Source: the human T2T-CHM13v2.0 reference genome, Homo sapiens | Strand: one strand, 5' to 3' | DNA: 64,000 nt | Assembly (NCBI RefSeq): GCF_009914755.1 | Contig: NC_060932.1 | Part shown: piece after piece, positions 1 to 13,325 of the stretch | Position numbering within the stretch: position 1 is the first letter of the stretch | Layout of the letters: each line of letters begins with the position of its first letter | Notes under the pieces: generated by a model | The model's input: only the letters and a program-made list of their open reading frames with translations | The model's database searches: none | Told to the model about the DNA's origin: nothing | Translations under genes and position numbers: made by a program

Positions 1-164
1 AATTGTATCCTTTTAAAAATTCCAATTTTTACGAATTAACAAGAGACTCATGGCTGAATTTTTTTATCAGTTTAGCTATTACAATCCCAAATACTAAACT
101 CTGACAATATTTACTGCTGCTTAAATTCATTAATCAGAATTTGGTCCTGTCAGTTTTCACTAGG

Positions 165-385
165 TTGGGAGTCAGAAGTCTCAGGCTTTTGAGCAGGCAC
201 TGACAATTCTGGACTGCTGGATCTTGACTAGGCCACTGTGTCCTTGGACTCTCAGTTTTTTCATCTGTAAATTATGGGTAATAACATCTGCCCTGCTGAC
301 CTCATGGGATCACTATGAGAATTAAATGAGATAGCACATGTGGGAAATTCTTTCAATATTAGACAGTGCTAGATAAGTGCGTGCA
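165..385 (+). mobile_element. MIR SINE relic
   Basis: MIR core-like text: ctcagttttttcatctgtaaattatgggtaataac...gagaattaaatgagatag. Boundaries approximate. Confidence 0.7.
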
Positions 386-824
386 CTATTAGTTTGAAAA
401 ATAGTATCTCAGTCATCAAGTTTAATCATCTCTAAAGATCTTCCCTAACCTTCTAAATGGTTCTTTGCGTTGATTTCTTTCAGAAAAACAATAAATGTTG
501 AGTGGCGTATTTGCAGAAAAGTTTTTTTTTAAATCTATCACTGCTAACATTAGTACGTTAGTTAAGTATCTAACTCAGCTCTAGACACTCTTCTCTCATC
601 AGAATTGCCCCCAAATGCAGTGAGAACACAGTCCATACATAGCGTCACCATGCTTATTTGGTTTGGTTTCTCCCACACTAAAACCTATTGTCCAGGTGTT
701 TTTCATGGGAGAAATTGCAGAGAGGGCCCAGGGCCACCAGACATAGGCTTTGTCTGCCCTTGGCTCCATCATAACCAAAATAGAAGAACCATATAGCAGA
801 TGTGTTCCTTTTTAAAAACTAGAA

Positions 825-1190
825 CTATATGAAATACTATTTAGTAATAAAGAGAAATAAACTGTCACACACAGCAATGTAGATGAATCTCAAATACATT
901 ATACTAAATGAAAAAAGCTAGGCTCAGAAAGCTTATACATATGATATCATTTTCATGACATTCTAGAAAAGGGAAAACTATAGAATTATAGGATAGGAAA
1001 CAGATGAGCAGCTGCAAGGGGCTGGAGGTGAGGGAGAGGATTGGATACAAAGGGGCCTGAAGACATTTTTGCAGGTATGAGACTATGTTACATTTTTATT
1101 ATGCTGGTGGTTACCTGAATGCCTGTGTTTGTCAGGGCTCATATTTAAAAGTGGGAATTTTACTATATGTAAATTATAGCTCAATAAACT
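825..1190 (+). mobile_element. Old L1M (L1MC/L1ME-like) 3' fragment
   Basis: gatgaatctcaaatacattatactaaatgaaaaaagc...cattctagaaaagggaaaactatag...ctcaataaa resembles mammalian-wide L1 3' ends. Confidence 0.65.
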
Positions 1191-4100
1191 TGTTTCTGTG
1201 TTTTTTTTAAAAAAAAGACTCATAGAAAAGTCAACATGAATTTGTTACCCTGCTTTGAATTGTGTTACCTCTTTTAAAATCAGATTGTATTTTCTTTGTA
1301 GTTCAAACTGTTCTCTGGTAAAATGAAGTCATATTAAGCTAATCAGACACATAATTGAGTATGGTTAAACTCTGAAATAAAGTTTTCAGTGCATATCTAC
1401 CACATTAGTAATTAATTTCCAGAGAGTACAAAAAGTATAATGGTCTTGCAATGATAACCATTTTTATTGTTTTCCAAATGGTAACAAAAGATTTCAGGTC
1501 ATAAGCCTAGTTGTATAGATTTAACCTCTCCCCCATCCTTATCTAGTGCTCAGAGAACTGTTTATATTGTTTCACAGGTGTTACCCATAGGACTCGGAGC
1601 ATGTTCTCTCATACAGGGCTGTCAGTCAAAAATTTCAATTGGTTACAGAGGACCTCACTTGAATTCTGAGTAAAATATGTGACCAGGAATATTTGATCAA
1701 GGGCCCAAAGTAGAGAAAATAAAGCGAATGAATCCAAAATAGCCCCTAGAACTCTGCCAAGAATTGCAACCCATACATATACTGTACAGATAACGTGCTA
1801 TAAAATGCTAGCACTAAGAATGTTTCTTTCTAAAGATTGGGGTACAGCTTCCAGCTTCAGTGATTTTATTTTCTTATCAATAGAATTGTAAAATTTTAAA
1901 AGGCAGAGGGTATCAGCGGGCAGCCCCTTCCTGGGACATGCACGGAGAGAGGGGGTTAAGGGAGGGACATGTTTGGACAAGAAGAAGCTGGAGGAAAAGA
2001 ATACCACCTCTCTCCAAATCCCCATTCCATTCCTTCTGTTGTAAAACGCTGTATAAAACAATGCCCATATAATCTATCGCTGGGAATACAATTATTTGCA
2101 GGTGTCTCAAAGCCATTTAGGCTCATTCATTCTTCTTTTCTCCTCATTGACATTAGTTTAATCTGTGAAAATCAGATCACAATCATGCCAGACTTTTTAC
2201 CTCATTAGTTTTCTATTGTCTGTTCTGAGGCATCGCATACATTTCTATCTCCAGGCAAAACTGGTTCTTGTCTGCATTGCGTTTCCATCCCTTCCCCCCT
2301 TTTCATTCTTATGAGCAAGAAGCACTTTTAATTTAATACTTTAACTACCTCTAGAGCTAAATAGGAAAGATTTCACCTGCATTTTTTTTAAACTGACAAC
2401 TTTGAGATATAAACATGTTTCTGGTTGTTATTCAAACCGTGCATGTGATATGTGTGAAGTGCCCACACCCCCGGATTTACTCTGTAGATACACAGTAATT
2501 CTCTGTTGATGACAAGTTATATTAGCTACATACAATTCCATTTTTTCATTGTGTTAACTCACAGCAATGTCATTTTCTTGATAAATTTGTGCCTCCTGTG
2601 TGTCTTTATCACTATGCTAAGAGAAGCCTTGCCTAGCATTATTTTAACTATATTTGGAACGGGGTTAGAGCATTTACTCTGAACAGCCAGATCTATGGGA
2701 CAAACCAGGGATATTAGCAAGAGGATGGGGCTGTTTTCTGCCGAGCCTTGAACTTTGGCATTTAAGATTACTGCGATTTTTACTTCTCCAGATGCTGCTT
2801 CAGACACATAGTAGATAAAATGTTGAAATTCCTCATCAACTAGTTGTATAGTAAGAACATGCATCTCTTTCATATTTTAGCTAGTACACAATTTCTAAAT
2901 GGGTTTGCTATATATTTTATCAAAAATCTAATTTTCTGATTCAGGGCTTATGGTCAGTTATGATAGTCCTTAGAAATTGGGGTCAATAAAGAAAACTGCT
3001 GATAGTTCTTTGAATGACTACATATTTCAGTGTTAGCATTGTTATTAATTTTTCAAGAAATCTAAATTATATTTATAAAATGTCATGAACTGCTCCATTC
3101 ATTGTTTATTTCCTTATTGTATATAGGCAGAAATTATCTGCCATACCAAGCAGCATCAGATCCCCTGACTAAACAAGTTTTACTTCCTTTGGGGAAAAAA
3201 TAGTAATAATAACCTTTGATTATATAAGAACATCATAATCTACATTGTCATTCCTGATTCAGCCCATGCCAAGAACATAGGACGATTTACATATGCTCTA
3301 ATCAAATATTCGGGGGTTGGGGAGTCTCACTGCAGATCTCCAGATCAAGATTATGTGACATGCCTTGGATTCCAGCCAGGTTTAAGGCTCTTCATTTTTA
3401 AAACAATAACCACCTGCTAAAAGAAGAAAGCAGCCATTTCCTTCTTGACATTCGTTAGCTTAGGATCAGCAGAATCTTCCTTCTGCTTAGATTGAAATGT
3501 AATAGCTGCAAGGTTGAAAACTGAAATCTTGCACTAAGCACTTCATTGCTGCTGGCTTGTAATTTTTTTCTTCTCAAAAATTACACACACAAAGCAGTTT
3601 TAGACTCTGTAATCAGATATTTTGCCTCATACTACTGTGTGATTTGGGATGTTTTCTTTCTTGTTCTTTTTATTTTTTTAAAAAACTAGATCTGCACAAT
3701 TCATTCTTTCAGGGAATACACAGGCTCCACACTGGACTCTCACTGCTGCCATATGGCATTTAGGGAATTTTGACCAGGCTCAATGAGTAAGATGAACTCA
3801 GACTAGTTAACTCTCATAGGTCCAAAAGCCCTCAGCTGAGGTTGACTTGACTCATTTCTATCGGCTTGCTGTCCAGTTTCACAGGAGACTGTAGATGTAT
3901 GTGTTGTAGGAAGAGGAGGGTTGGCAGTGGAGAAGCAAAGGCATGGAAAGGCCAAAGGCAAAAGAAAACAAGGACTTGATCTCAGCCTCAAGGTGTCTCT
4001 TTATAATGGGCTCAGATTTTGCAGGGTCATGAAATGCATCTAACTTTGCTTAGATACAGTGATTCTCCCAAGAGTCCTCTGGTTTCTCTCCACTCTGAGC

Positions 4101-5473
4101 TGACAACGGCATTATCATTTTATACTCTCACCAGTCCACATACCTCCAGTGGGAAAGCATCTTGAAAAAAATCAGATTTGTAAATTGTATATACAAGCAA
4201 CAAACATTTTAATTAAAAAATGCTTTGTTTGCAAAACGTACAATTAAACACCATAATCTTGCACTTTGTTAAGCACCACCACTTTGGAACCAACACTTTT
4301 CCCTCACAATGCATTATTATTTATAAATGTGCTCAAGAGTTAATATCTGTATTTTAAAAAGTGTAATATAGCACATTGCTTTAACATACTATGGCAGTAC
4401 ACTTTATAGAAATTTGAGCTTACAAATTCATTTTTTCACATTCTTCAAAATAGACTCTTTCTTTAAGTATATACCTCAATATGTACTATTGTGTGTGTGT
4501 ATGTGTATGTGTGTATTATTCAGTTCATTCTTAAATGTCTTCTGACCTCAGATGTAGCTTGTCCAAAAAGCAACACCACCCACAATTAAGTTCCCAACTT
4601 TCCACATCGCAACTCACCCGTTCACCTAGGATTATAAAACTTTGAAATCATCCTTCCCTCCCTACATCTATTCATATAATATCAGGGAATAAAGGAAGCA
4701 GGCAACAGAATTGGATCAGGAAATGCTTTTTCAATGGTTTATCTCAGCAGGTATAAAAAGGGACTAGACAGTAAAGTAAACTTAAGCTAAGGTATGGGAT
4801 GAATGCAAACCCCTGTTTCTAAGAGTCTCTTGATAATTAGAAAAACCTTTTGGCTGCCTTTTGGTTATCTCTAATTGGAGTGTCTCAGATTTTCTGTCAT
4901 TCCCATAACATAGAGAGGAAGAAGCTCTTATACAGGATGCACAAGAAATCTCTGCTGTATCCTTTGTTCATTTGTGATTACATTATTAACATCTACTCCA
5001 AGCCTGGATTCCTTGCAAAGATCATCTGAAATTATTTGTCCATTGTATCAAGACTGATTTTTCTAAAATTAGATCATATTATCCATAAATACATTTAACT
5101 CTCCAAGGGTAAATTGCAAAGTGTCTGAATACACAAAAAGCCAGTGACTGTGGAAGAGCATTGCAGGCAAATCCTGTACTTTGTGAAACTCCCCTCCTAG
5201 ACCCTGAATCTTCAGGCCTTGTACATTAAACATGACCAGCTGACACATGGATCCAGGGGAGATGCTGGTGTCTATATGCATAGTAAACATTAATGAAGCT
5301 GAATTGTTTTTATTTCTTTGGATTAACACAAACCTATAGGCAGAAGTTCTCATGTTTTCTTGCAGCATCCCAGTGGAGTATCTTGCACCTCCCCTGAGTA
5401 TACATGCCCCATTTGAGGGATCAGCACTGTGTGAGTCGGAGTTCTCCAGAGAAACCGAACCAAGGGGATACAG

Positions 5474-5796
5474 AGTCATTCCTCGGTACCCATGGGACAT
5501 TGGTTCCAAGACACACTCTTGCCTGCCACAGATACCAAAGTCCACCAGTGCTCAAGTCCCTTATATATAATGGTATAGTATTTGTATATAACCTACACAC
5601 ATCCTTCCATATACTTTAAATCATCTATATTACTTATAGTACCTAATATGATGCCTATACATCACTTCTTTCATGTGGATTAAACATAGTACTCACCACG
5701 TGGCAAATTTAAAACTTTGCGGAATGTTTTTCTCCTGAATATTTTTGATCTCAATTTTTGGTTGAAGCTGTAACACAGAATACACAAATACAGAAG

Positions 5797-5798
<2 letters not shown>
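5474..5798. mobile_element. MER2/MER2B (Tigger-derived) DNA transposon
   Basis: gtcattcctcggtacccatgggacattggttccaag...gctcaagtcccttatatataatggtatagtatttgtatataacctacacacatcc matches recalled MER2 consensus. Confidence 0.75.

Positions 5799-5800
<2 letters not shown>

Positions 5801-5843
<43 letters not shown>
5801..5843. repeat. (TG)21 microsatellite
   Basis: Uninterrupted TG run seen directly. Confidence 0.97.
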
Positions 5844-5846
<3 letters not shown>

Positions 5847-7224
5847 AAGAGAGAGATTTTTAAAAACTGGCACATACAATTGTTGGGGCTGTCCAACTAA
5901 CTCTGTAGGGCAAGCCAGCAGGCTGGAGATTCAGGTAAGAGTTAATGTTGCAGTCCCAAACGTAAAGACTTGAAACTTGGGCAGAATGTCTATATTGCCA
6001 TCTGGAGGCAGGATTCCTTCTTTGGGAAATCCCAGTCTTTGTTCCTAAGGCCTTCAACTGATTGGATGAGGCCACCCACATTATGGAGGGCAATCTACTT
6101 TCCTTAAAGTCAACTGATTGTAAACATTAATGACATCTTTAAAATACCTTTACAGCAACATCTAGACTAGTGTTAAATCAAACAGCTGGTCAACATAATC
6201 TAACCAAATTGACAAAATTAACCATCACAATTCCTATCTACTGTGCTGCAGAAAAAGAACCTCATCACAGACAGACAAAATGCCAGGCTGCTTTCCTCTT
6301 CCTCCTTCCTTTTCAAACCCCAATAGCTTCACTGTAGAGAAGAGGGAAGGGAGAGCAAGAGAGCAGACAACCCCCACTCTGCTGTAGACCCATGCTGGGA
6401 ACTCTCTTCTGCCCTGAGAGAAGAGAGCTTTGAATCAAATCAAAAACCAAAGCTTAGAAATCAGCATGACTTAATCTTAATTACTAAGATGAAATTGTGT
6501 TAATCACTGAAGGGGACTAGAAACTTGTGGAATTGGACTGAGATGTCATCAAGACAAGTGCAGAATGGGAAAGGAGAGTTCAACACGCAGAACGGTAACC
6601 ATGTTGGGGGAAAAAGAAACATAGGGAAATGTCATTTTTTGAGACTTCAGAAGCATCTTTGCTCTTTGTGTGCAGGTACAAAGAGCAGAGAGCAAAGACA
6701 CTATGAATAAAACTGGGTCAGGATAAAAGAGGGGGGCATGGAAGTGACATCATTGCGGGGTGTGACCCAGAGCTTCCAGGTGGACTGTGTGGACAGGCTT
6801 GCCAGGGGACATGGCTGGCCTGGCCCTGACGAGTGCTGGGGGTCATCCAAACCTCCAGAGCACAGACGTCAATGTCAGGTGCATACTGGTTTGGATCCAG
6901 TCTCTGCCACTTTAAACCCCTGTTACTTACCTCCTCTTTCTTTATACCTCAATTTCCCCAACTGTACAATGGAAATGGTAAAAGCTACTTGCTGTATAGG
7001 GCGCTCTTAGGGATAAATGGTGGCACAGAGTGAGTGTTTCAGTAAATGTGAACTCGAGTCATGGTCACCATCATCCCTTTAACCACGAGACGGCAGAAGT
7101 TACTTCTTCCACTAAAATTGAAGCATCTGGTAAACTCTCGACTCACTTCACTGAATGTTTTATGTCTTAAGATATTGGCTACCTCTTACAGAACTCTTAT
7201 AACAGGTACTTGCTGAAAGCATTT

Positions 7225-7385
7225 CTTATGTGTACTTACTACAATAACCCCATAAGGTGGGTACTGTCTGCATTTTACAGATGAGAAACATCACTGAGGT
7301 TTGTATAGGTTTTCCAACTTGCCCAAGGCCACACAGCTCATCAGAGCTGTGCTGTTTCCAAGATACCATACTGCCTCCCACTGAG
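7225..7385 (-). mobile_element. MIR relic
   Basis: cattttacagatgagaaacatcactgagg...aacttgcccaaggccacacagct is the reverse-complement MIR core. Confidence 0.7.
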
Positions 7386-7449
7386 CATGGACCTTTTTCT
7401 GGAATATTTGTAGATAACATGGAAATGTCGATAATACTGAAAGGAAGTA

Positions 7450-8400
7450 GTTGTGTTGACAGTAAGTTTGAATCGTAATGCAAAGAACTAAAGCCATATC
7501 CATAAGTGTATTCTTGATTTTACGTGAGCAGATTTCAAAGTGTTGGAGCAGGGGATAATTGGGTATGTTACCACAGACATTAGACTCATAAGTAGGAAGC
7601 TATAATCAAACAAATTTCTGACAGTCAAGTTAATTATGGTCGAAGGTGGAAAGAGGAGAGGGAAGGCAATCAAAGACACAGATGTGGCTACACAGGGCTT
7701 TCTCTGGTGAAGTAGGATTCTAAAAGATTTTGATCAAAATGTGTCAGTCATCAAACATGAAGGAGAGGCACAAACAAGAAGGACTGGCATCTTAAGTAAG
7801 TCCAGAACAAGCGGAAGGTTGGGGATCATGCCAAAGACAACACAAATGTTGTTAAAAATTTTGGGAGGTGGGGAGAAGTAAGAAGTATAAAGGAATGGAT
7901 TGACCCACTGTTTGGAGTAGGTAATATAATGTTGAGAGGATGATAGATAAAAGGCAGAATTATTCACCATCAGTTTTGCTTACATTTTTCACCAAGAAAA
8001 ATAATCTTCAAACTGCAAGGTGTTACAAAGTTTATGATGAATGAAAATTAAGAGAATCTATTGTAGCTTTTAAGTCCTTGATCCCAGATATATGTTATCC
8101 CCAATAACTTGCTGATGAAATGCAGAATCACTGATGATAATCCAGGAGAAATAAAAATTGGGGAAAAAAGGCCCACTCAGACCCTTGCTGTCCCCAAATT
8201 CCCGATGGCGTACTGAGATGCCCTGCCTTGCCAGAAACACTAAATGCTGCAGGCTGAGCAGGCCAAAAGGTGGAAGATACAGAGATAACAGAAATTACTA
8301 AAAAAAAGTCGAAGTTAATAAATCAATTATTTATCCTTTTAGGGGAAAAAACGTAGATTCTCTAGAGTCTAAGGATTAAGAATGATTAAATCTTGGCATC
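7450..8400 (+). mobile_element. Highly degraded CR1/L3 LINE ORF2 relic
   Basis: Ordered decayed motifs: ttgattttacgtgagcagatttcaaa (LDFxxADF-like), aaggcagaattattc...ttttgcttacattttt (KAELF..FA..F-like), aagtccttgatcccagat...cttgctgatgaaatgcagaatcactg (KSxxPD..LA...AExL-like). Confidence 0.5.
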
Positions 8401-9522
8401 TACATCCAGCAAGATTACATGCAGCCTTTTTTCAACTTCACGCAGGAGCAGTTACAAGAAATGAGTCTTAATGTTGAACCAAAGTCCTCTTCTTTCCTTC
8501 TCATGGACCTGTGTCTGCCCTCTGGAACAAGGAGTACCAACTGAGGGTCCATGCACTGAATTCAGCCTGCAGGCCTGTTTTGCTGTTTGAGGTCATTTGT
8601 TTGTTTATCTTTTGTTGCTTTAAAGTGAGTCATATACTCTACACAATGCCCAGAACTCTATCCTGTACTTCACTATTCAATCATGTCTACTACCTGCCTA
8701 TTGGCCGCGGGTGTAACTCGAGTCTGCAACCTTTCTCTGGACCACATAAGAAAAATCTAATCCTTCTTCTTTTGCATCCTTCACATCTTGAAAGCCTGAG
8801 GGTGTTTTCAACAAGTTTATGCCAATGGCTGAGCTCTTCACCAGGCCACTTAAGAGGACTTGTGTCAGTGACTCTCCAACATTTATATTTCAGCCCCCCA
8901 GTCTCAGAGCCAAAGATCCTGGGACCCACATCACCAATCCTTCCCACTACTCACAACTTAGTAATAAAAAACAATGATAGAGGATCAAAATTTAAACGCT
9001 GCAATAAATGTACTGCTAACCACACAATATAATTGCTCATTGTTTATTCCAGAAAGAAAAATACAATCTTATACAAAATTTTCATCCTACCCCTGCATCT
9101 CCATTTCTATAAAATGGAGCAATTTTTCTCCCAAAATCACAGTAAGAATTAAATAACGTGAAATGTATTTTAAATGCCCTATAAATTAAAAATATCCTGG
9201 TCATCTTATTATCTTATTACTACTTAGCATATGTTTTAAGTAGCACAGATTTATAGAGAGCATATCACCAATGAAGTATTACTGTGCAAGCGAATTTTAG
9301 ATGAAGTACAGATACATTTTTTAAGAAAAATATACAGATTATTTACATTTCAGCCATAACACCATTATGCCTTACATTCAAATTATTAGAAAATTATAGG
9401 CCAAAAATACTGTTGAAATTAAAATGCATTCTCTACACTCTATGGTTTAACAACTCACAACAAATTAAATCAACATGAAGAAACCAATAATAATTATTAA
9501 AAGCTAGAGTAGGAGCAACTAA

Positions 9523-9756
<234 letters not shown>

Positions 9757-9989
9757 TAGCTAGATATGTGCTTACATAGTGGGAGCTCTGTAGTAACACT
9801 AGCAGCAAAACCACACAGTGGAGTAGTGAATTTCCTCTCCCAACCCCAGAGAGGCATTTATATTTAGGTATACCAAACTAGTAACCTTTATAACCCACCC
9901 AGTCATATAAAGAAGAAGCAGTGAACCTACATGTATTTGTCTATAAGTACTAACAAGCCTGGCTGATAGAATAACTGTTATCTAGAACA

Positions 9990-10206
9990 TTTTGGCAGAG
10001 AGAAGAGAGTGCGCTGGAGAGTTTTGCACTGGCGATTAAAAGCCTGATCCAGAAACGACACACATCATCTCTTCTCACATCTCATTGACCAGAGGTGGCC
10101 ACAGAACCCCACCAACCTCAGGAGTCCAAGAAATACCATCCTACCATGTACTCAGAAGGCAGAGATCTGGATATATTTGACAAAAAGAATTAATTTTAAC
10201 ATCACA
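9990..10206 (-). mobile_element. Old MLT1 (J/K-like) LTR fragment
   Basis: gacacacatcatctcttctcacatctcattgaccaga...cctaccatgtactcagaagg...catcaca. Confidence 0.5.
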
Positions 10207-10823
10207 TGAAGACCCCATTTATACGTCCTTTGCAGTTTGCTTTTAAGCCACAGCTGACTTGGAGAGTAAATTGGCCTTATACTGGCCTTACAATATTCTG
10301 CCTTTCTTCTGTAGCCATCATAGTGATGATGATTTTGTTATCCTTCTATTCTAGTAAGGAACACAGCAGCTAACAATTATGAAGGGCTCACAATATGCCA
10401 GTCACTGTGCTAAGCTTTTTACAGTTACTAACTCGGTCTACCCCAACAACAACATTAAGTTGCAGTTATTGCTATTATTGCCATTTACAATTATTTCAGT
10501 TGCAGTTAGAAATATGATGAGATAAATCAAGAGCTGGGAGGCTGGAGTTTTGAGAACCAAATGTCTATGGAGGTAGCCAAAGTCTGGAACAGAGATAAAT
10601 AAACTTGCTCAGAGAAAGTATTTGACAGAGATAAAGAGAGATCAAAGCAAAACACCATGGATGTATCTTGAGGCACAGCCACATGTGGAGGTGGGAGGTA
10701 CTGAAAGAGACCGAGAAAAAAACAGAGAGGCAAGAAAAAAACTAAGAAGAGAAAAATTCAAGAAGGAAATGACTAGGTGATCAATAGTTTTAAATATTGC
10801 TATGACATCAAGATCAAATAGTG

Positions 10824-11165
10824 TATCTTAGTCAGTTCAGGTTGTTACATCAAAATACCATAAACTGAGTAGCTTAGAAACAACAGAAATTTATTTCTTA
10901 CAGTTCTGGAGCCTGGAAGTCCACACTCAGACTGCCAGCATGGTCAGGTTCTGCGCGGTCCCCTTCCAGGTTGCAGACTGTTGACTTCTTCCTCTGTCCT
11001 CACATGGCAGAAGGGCTGAGGGGTCTCTCTAGGGCCTCTTTTATAAGGGCAGCAATCCCAAAGAATCCCCTCCCAAAGGCCCCACTTCCTATATATATCA
11101 TCACCTTGTGAGTTGAGATTTCAACATACGAGTTTTGAGGGGACACAAATGCTTAGATCATGGCA
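10824..11165 (-). mobile_element. MLT1A-like MaLR solo LTR within L2-like sequence
   Basis: aaacaacagaaatttatttcttacagttctggagcctggaagtcc...ttcaacatacgagttttgaggggacacaaa...catggca. Confidence 0.8.
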
Positions 11166-13184
11166 GTGAGAATTTAAAGAGGATTTTAGATTTGGAAGTA
11201 AGGGGGTTATTGTGGTCTTGCCCAGAGAAGTTTCAGTGGAGTGACAGAGACGAAAGCCAGGTTGCAGGGGATGGGGACTATAGAGGCCATGAGGAAACTG
11301 ACAGTGCAGTTGAGTTTTCAAGAATTATGGTAGCAAGGTGGAAAAGAAAGACTAACAGCACCCAGGAAAACAGAATAGAAATCTGCTGATTTGAAGATGG
11401 CAAAGCCAAGGAAGTGGGAGAGATTGAAAATATAGGTACAAGAGAGCAAGGTTCTAAAAGAGACAGAGGGGATGAGACTCTGGGCAAAGTGTGCATGTCA
11501 TGTTTGGTCTTTTCTTCATATATGCATGGGCCACATGTATTTCCTCTGATGAGAAATGCTTGTTCATGCTTTTACCTACTTTTGTGTTGGGTTATTTGTC
11601 CCTTCTTAATCATCATAACAATATTAACTCAAAAGGCCCAAGACACCTTTTCCTTAAGAAGGAAGGAATAAAGATGGGAAAAAAATAGCAAAACATTGGA
11701 GCAGAAGGACAGGAATCAGAATAAATTCATCTCTATTTTTCTGTGAAGTGCTAGGCAAGGCTTGAGGAAATAGGTAGCTTAATGAGAATACCAAAATGTT
11801 TTAACTGCTCTAGGGCATTGAAAAATTGAGTCACTCAGAGAGGAGTTAAAGACTTGCTAAGCATCCAGTCTGAATTAGACAACAATTGGAAAAATTATGT
11901 CATTTCCTCCACAGACCTCAGTGAAGAAGAGAGGTGACCAATTCCAGACACTCAGTAGGTGCTCAGTCAATGCTTATTGAATGAATAAATGAATGAATGA
12001 TTCTGAAGATTTGTGACAGGTGTGTACCTACTGTGTTAACTCCACAAATTCTGTCTCCAGGCCGATGCTCAGAGTGTTTCCTCAATTCAGTGTGCCCACT
12101 CCTCACCCTCTCTCCAAGTTGCTGCCGTTCCAAAATATGGATAGAGCTGGTCCTTTCCTTCTCCCAAGGGGTACCAACTTAAGACCAAAATGGGGCAATA
12201 CCAGTGAGCCAGCTTAACTGAAGACTTGACCATAACATAGAGGAATTGCAATTTGGAGAAGACACAGCTAAAACTGTGTGATCAACTGACTGGCTGTCAG
12301 ATGATCACTGAAGACCACATCCATGCCCCTCCCGGGTGTCACCACCTGGCACTCTGTTTTTACCCCTAGTTGGCCCCAGTGATACTGGAAGGTCAGAACA
12401 TTCCCCTTCTCCCATCTCCTCACCAGGCCCATCTTACTGGCTCTGCAGGCTACATAGAGCAAACAAGCAAACACAGAAACAAAAAGGAAACATTATAACA
12501 ATCTCCCTTGTCTCAAAGAAGACATTCATACTTTATTATAAAGAGCAGCTCTGCTCCTCTTTTCCCAGACCCTACTCTCCAGAATATGCCTGGCCTTTGA
12601 AATAATCAAAAGCTCAATAAGTTGCTTTCCCCAAAAAAGAGAAATACTGCCTTTTCTAATGCTGCTTTCAGTTGCCAACCTTAGATTATGGAGAGCAAAC
12701 AGCTCTGCAAAAAGACAATTTTTATTTTCATCCCTGCCAGAAGTGCTATTGAGGATGAGGGATGAGAAGGAGTTTGCCAGAAGAAAAGGGCATTATAAGG
12801 AAATGCCCACAGGCATTGAAAGGGCCCAGTGTGTTCTGGGAAGAGTGAGTTTAGTTTGCCTGGAATTTCATGGCCATAGAACTAAAGTGTTGGGAGATGA
12901 GATGGAAAAGCAAGGCAAGGCCAGTGTTTAAAGGGCCTGCTAATGCCACAATCACACTCTAAGAGTCTAGCTTTAGGCAACAGCAGAGTTTGCAATTGGC
13001 AAGGCAGTTGGATTTGGTTTTCTATAGTTCATCTAGTAACAGTAAGGAGGATAAACTAGAATAGAGAGTGGTGAGAAATGATGAAGGCTAGGGCAGTAGG
13101 GAAGAAACAAAGACAATAAAACTTGTGTGGCTTCTGTGGGCAAACTTTCCCTAACTTGAATGCACTCCTTTTTATCTGCATCTG

Positions 13185-13325
13185 TGATTCTCAAATCTAG
13201 TTTAGAAACTTTCCTGGGGAGTTTGTTAAAAATGCATTTCGTAGGGCCCTCCCTAGAGATTCTGATTCAGTAAGGCATGGAGAGGGAGTTGCAGGAATCA
13301 GCATTTTAAACAAGCACCCAAAGGG
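13185..13325. mobile_element. MER5-family (hAT-Charlie) relic
   Basis: gtttgttaaaaatgcatt...agagattctgattcagtagg-like...gcattttaaacaagcaccc. Confidence 0.6.

Larger units (their letters stand above)
5428..6229 (-). mobile_element. MLT2 (ERVL) LTR interrupted by a MER2-family element and (TG)n
   Basis: gttctccagagaaaccgaacc at left and aaaattaaccatcaca at right (reverse complement of the MLT2 start TGTGATGGTTAATTTT). Internal gattggatgaggcccacccacattatggagggcaatct is typical of MLT2. Confidence 0.75.

Noticed and set aside
5069-5570. 158-aa and 72-aa ORFs
   Set aside because: They run across MLT2/MER2 repeat boundaries, consistent with chance ORFs.
8511-9032. 173-aa ORF
   Set aside because: Starts at GTG, no recognisable protein similarity and no convincing splice context.
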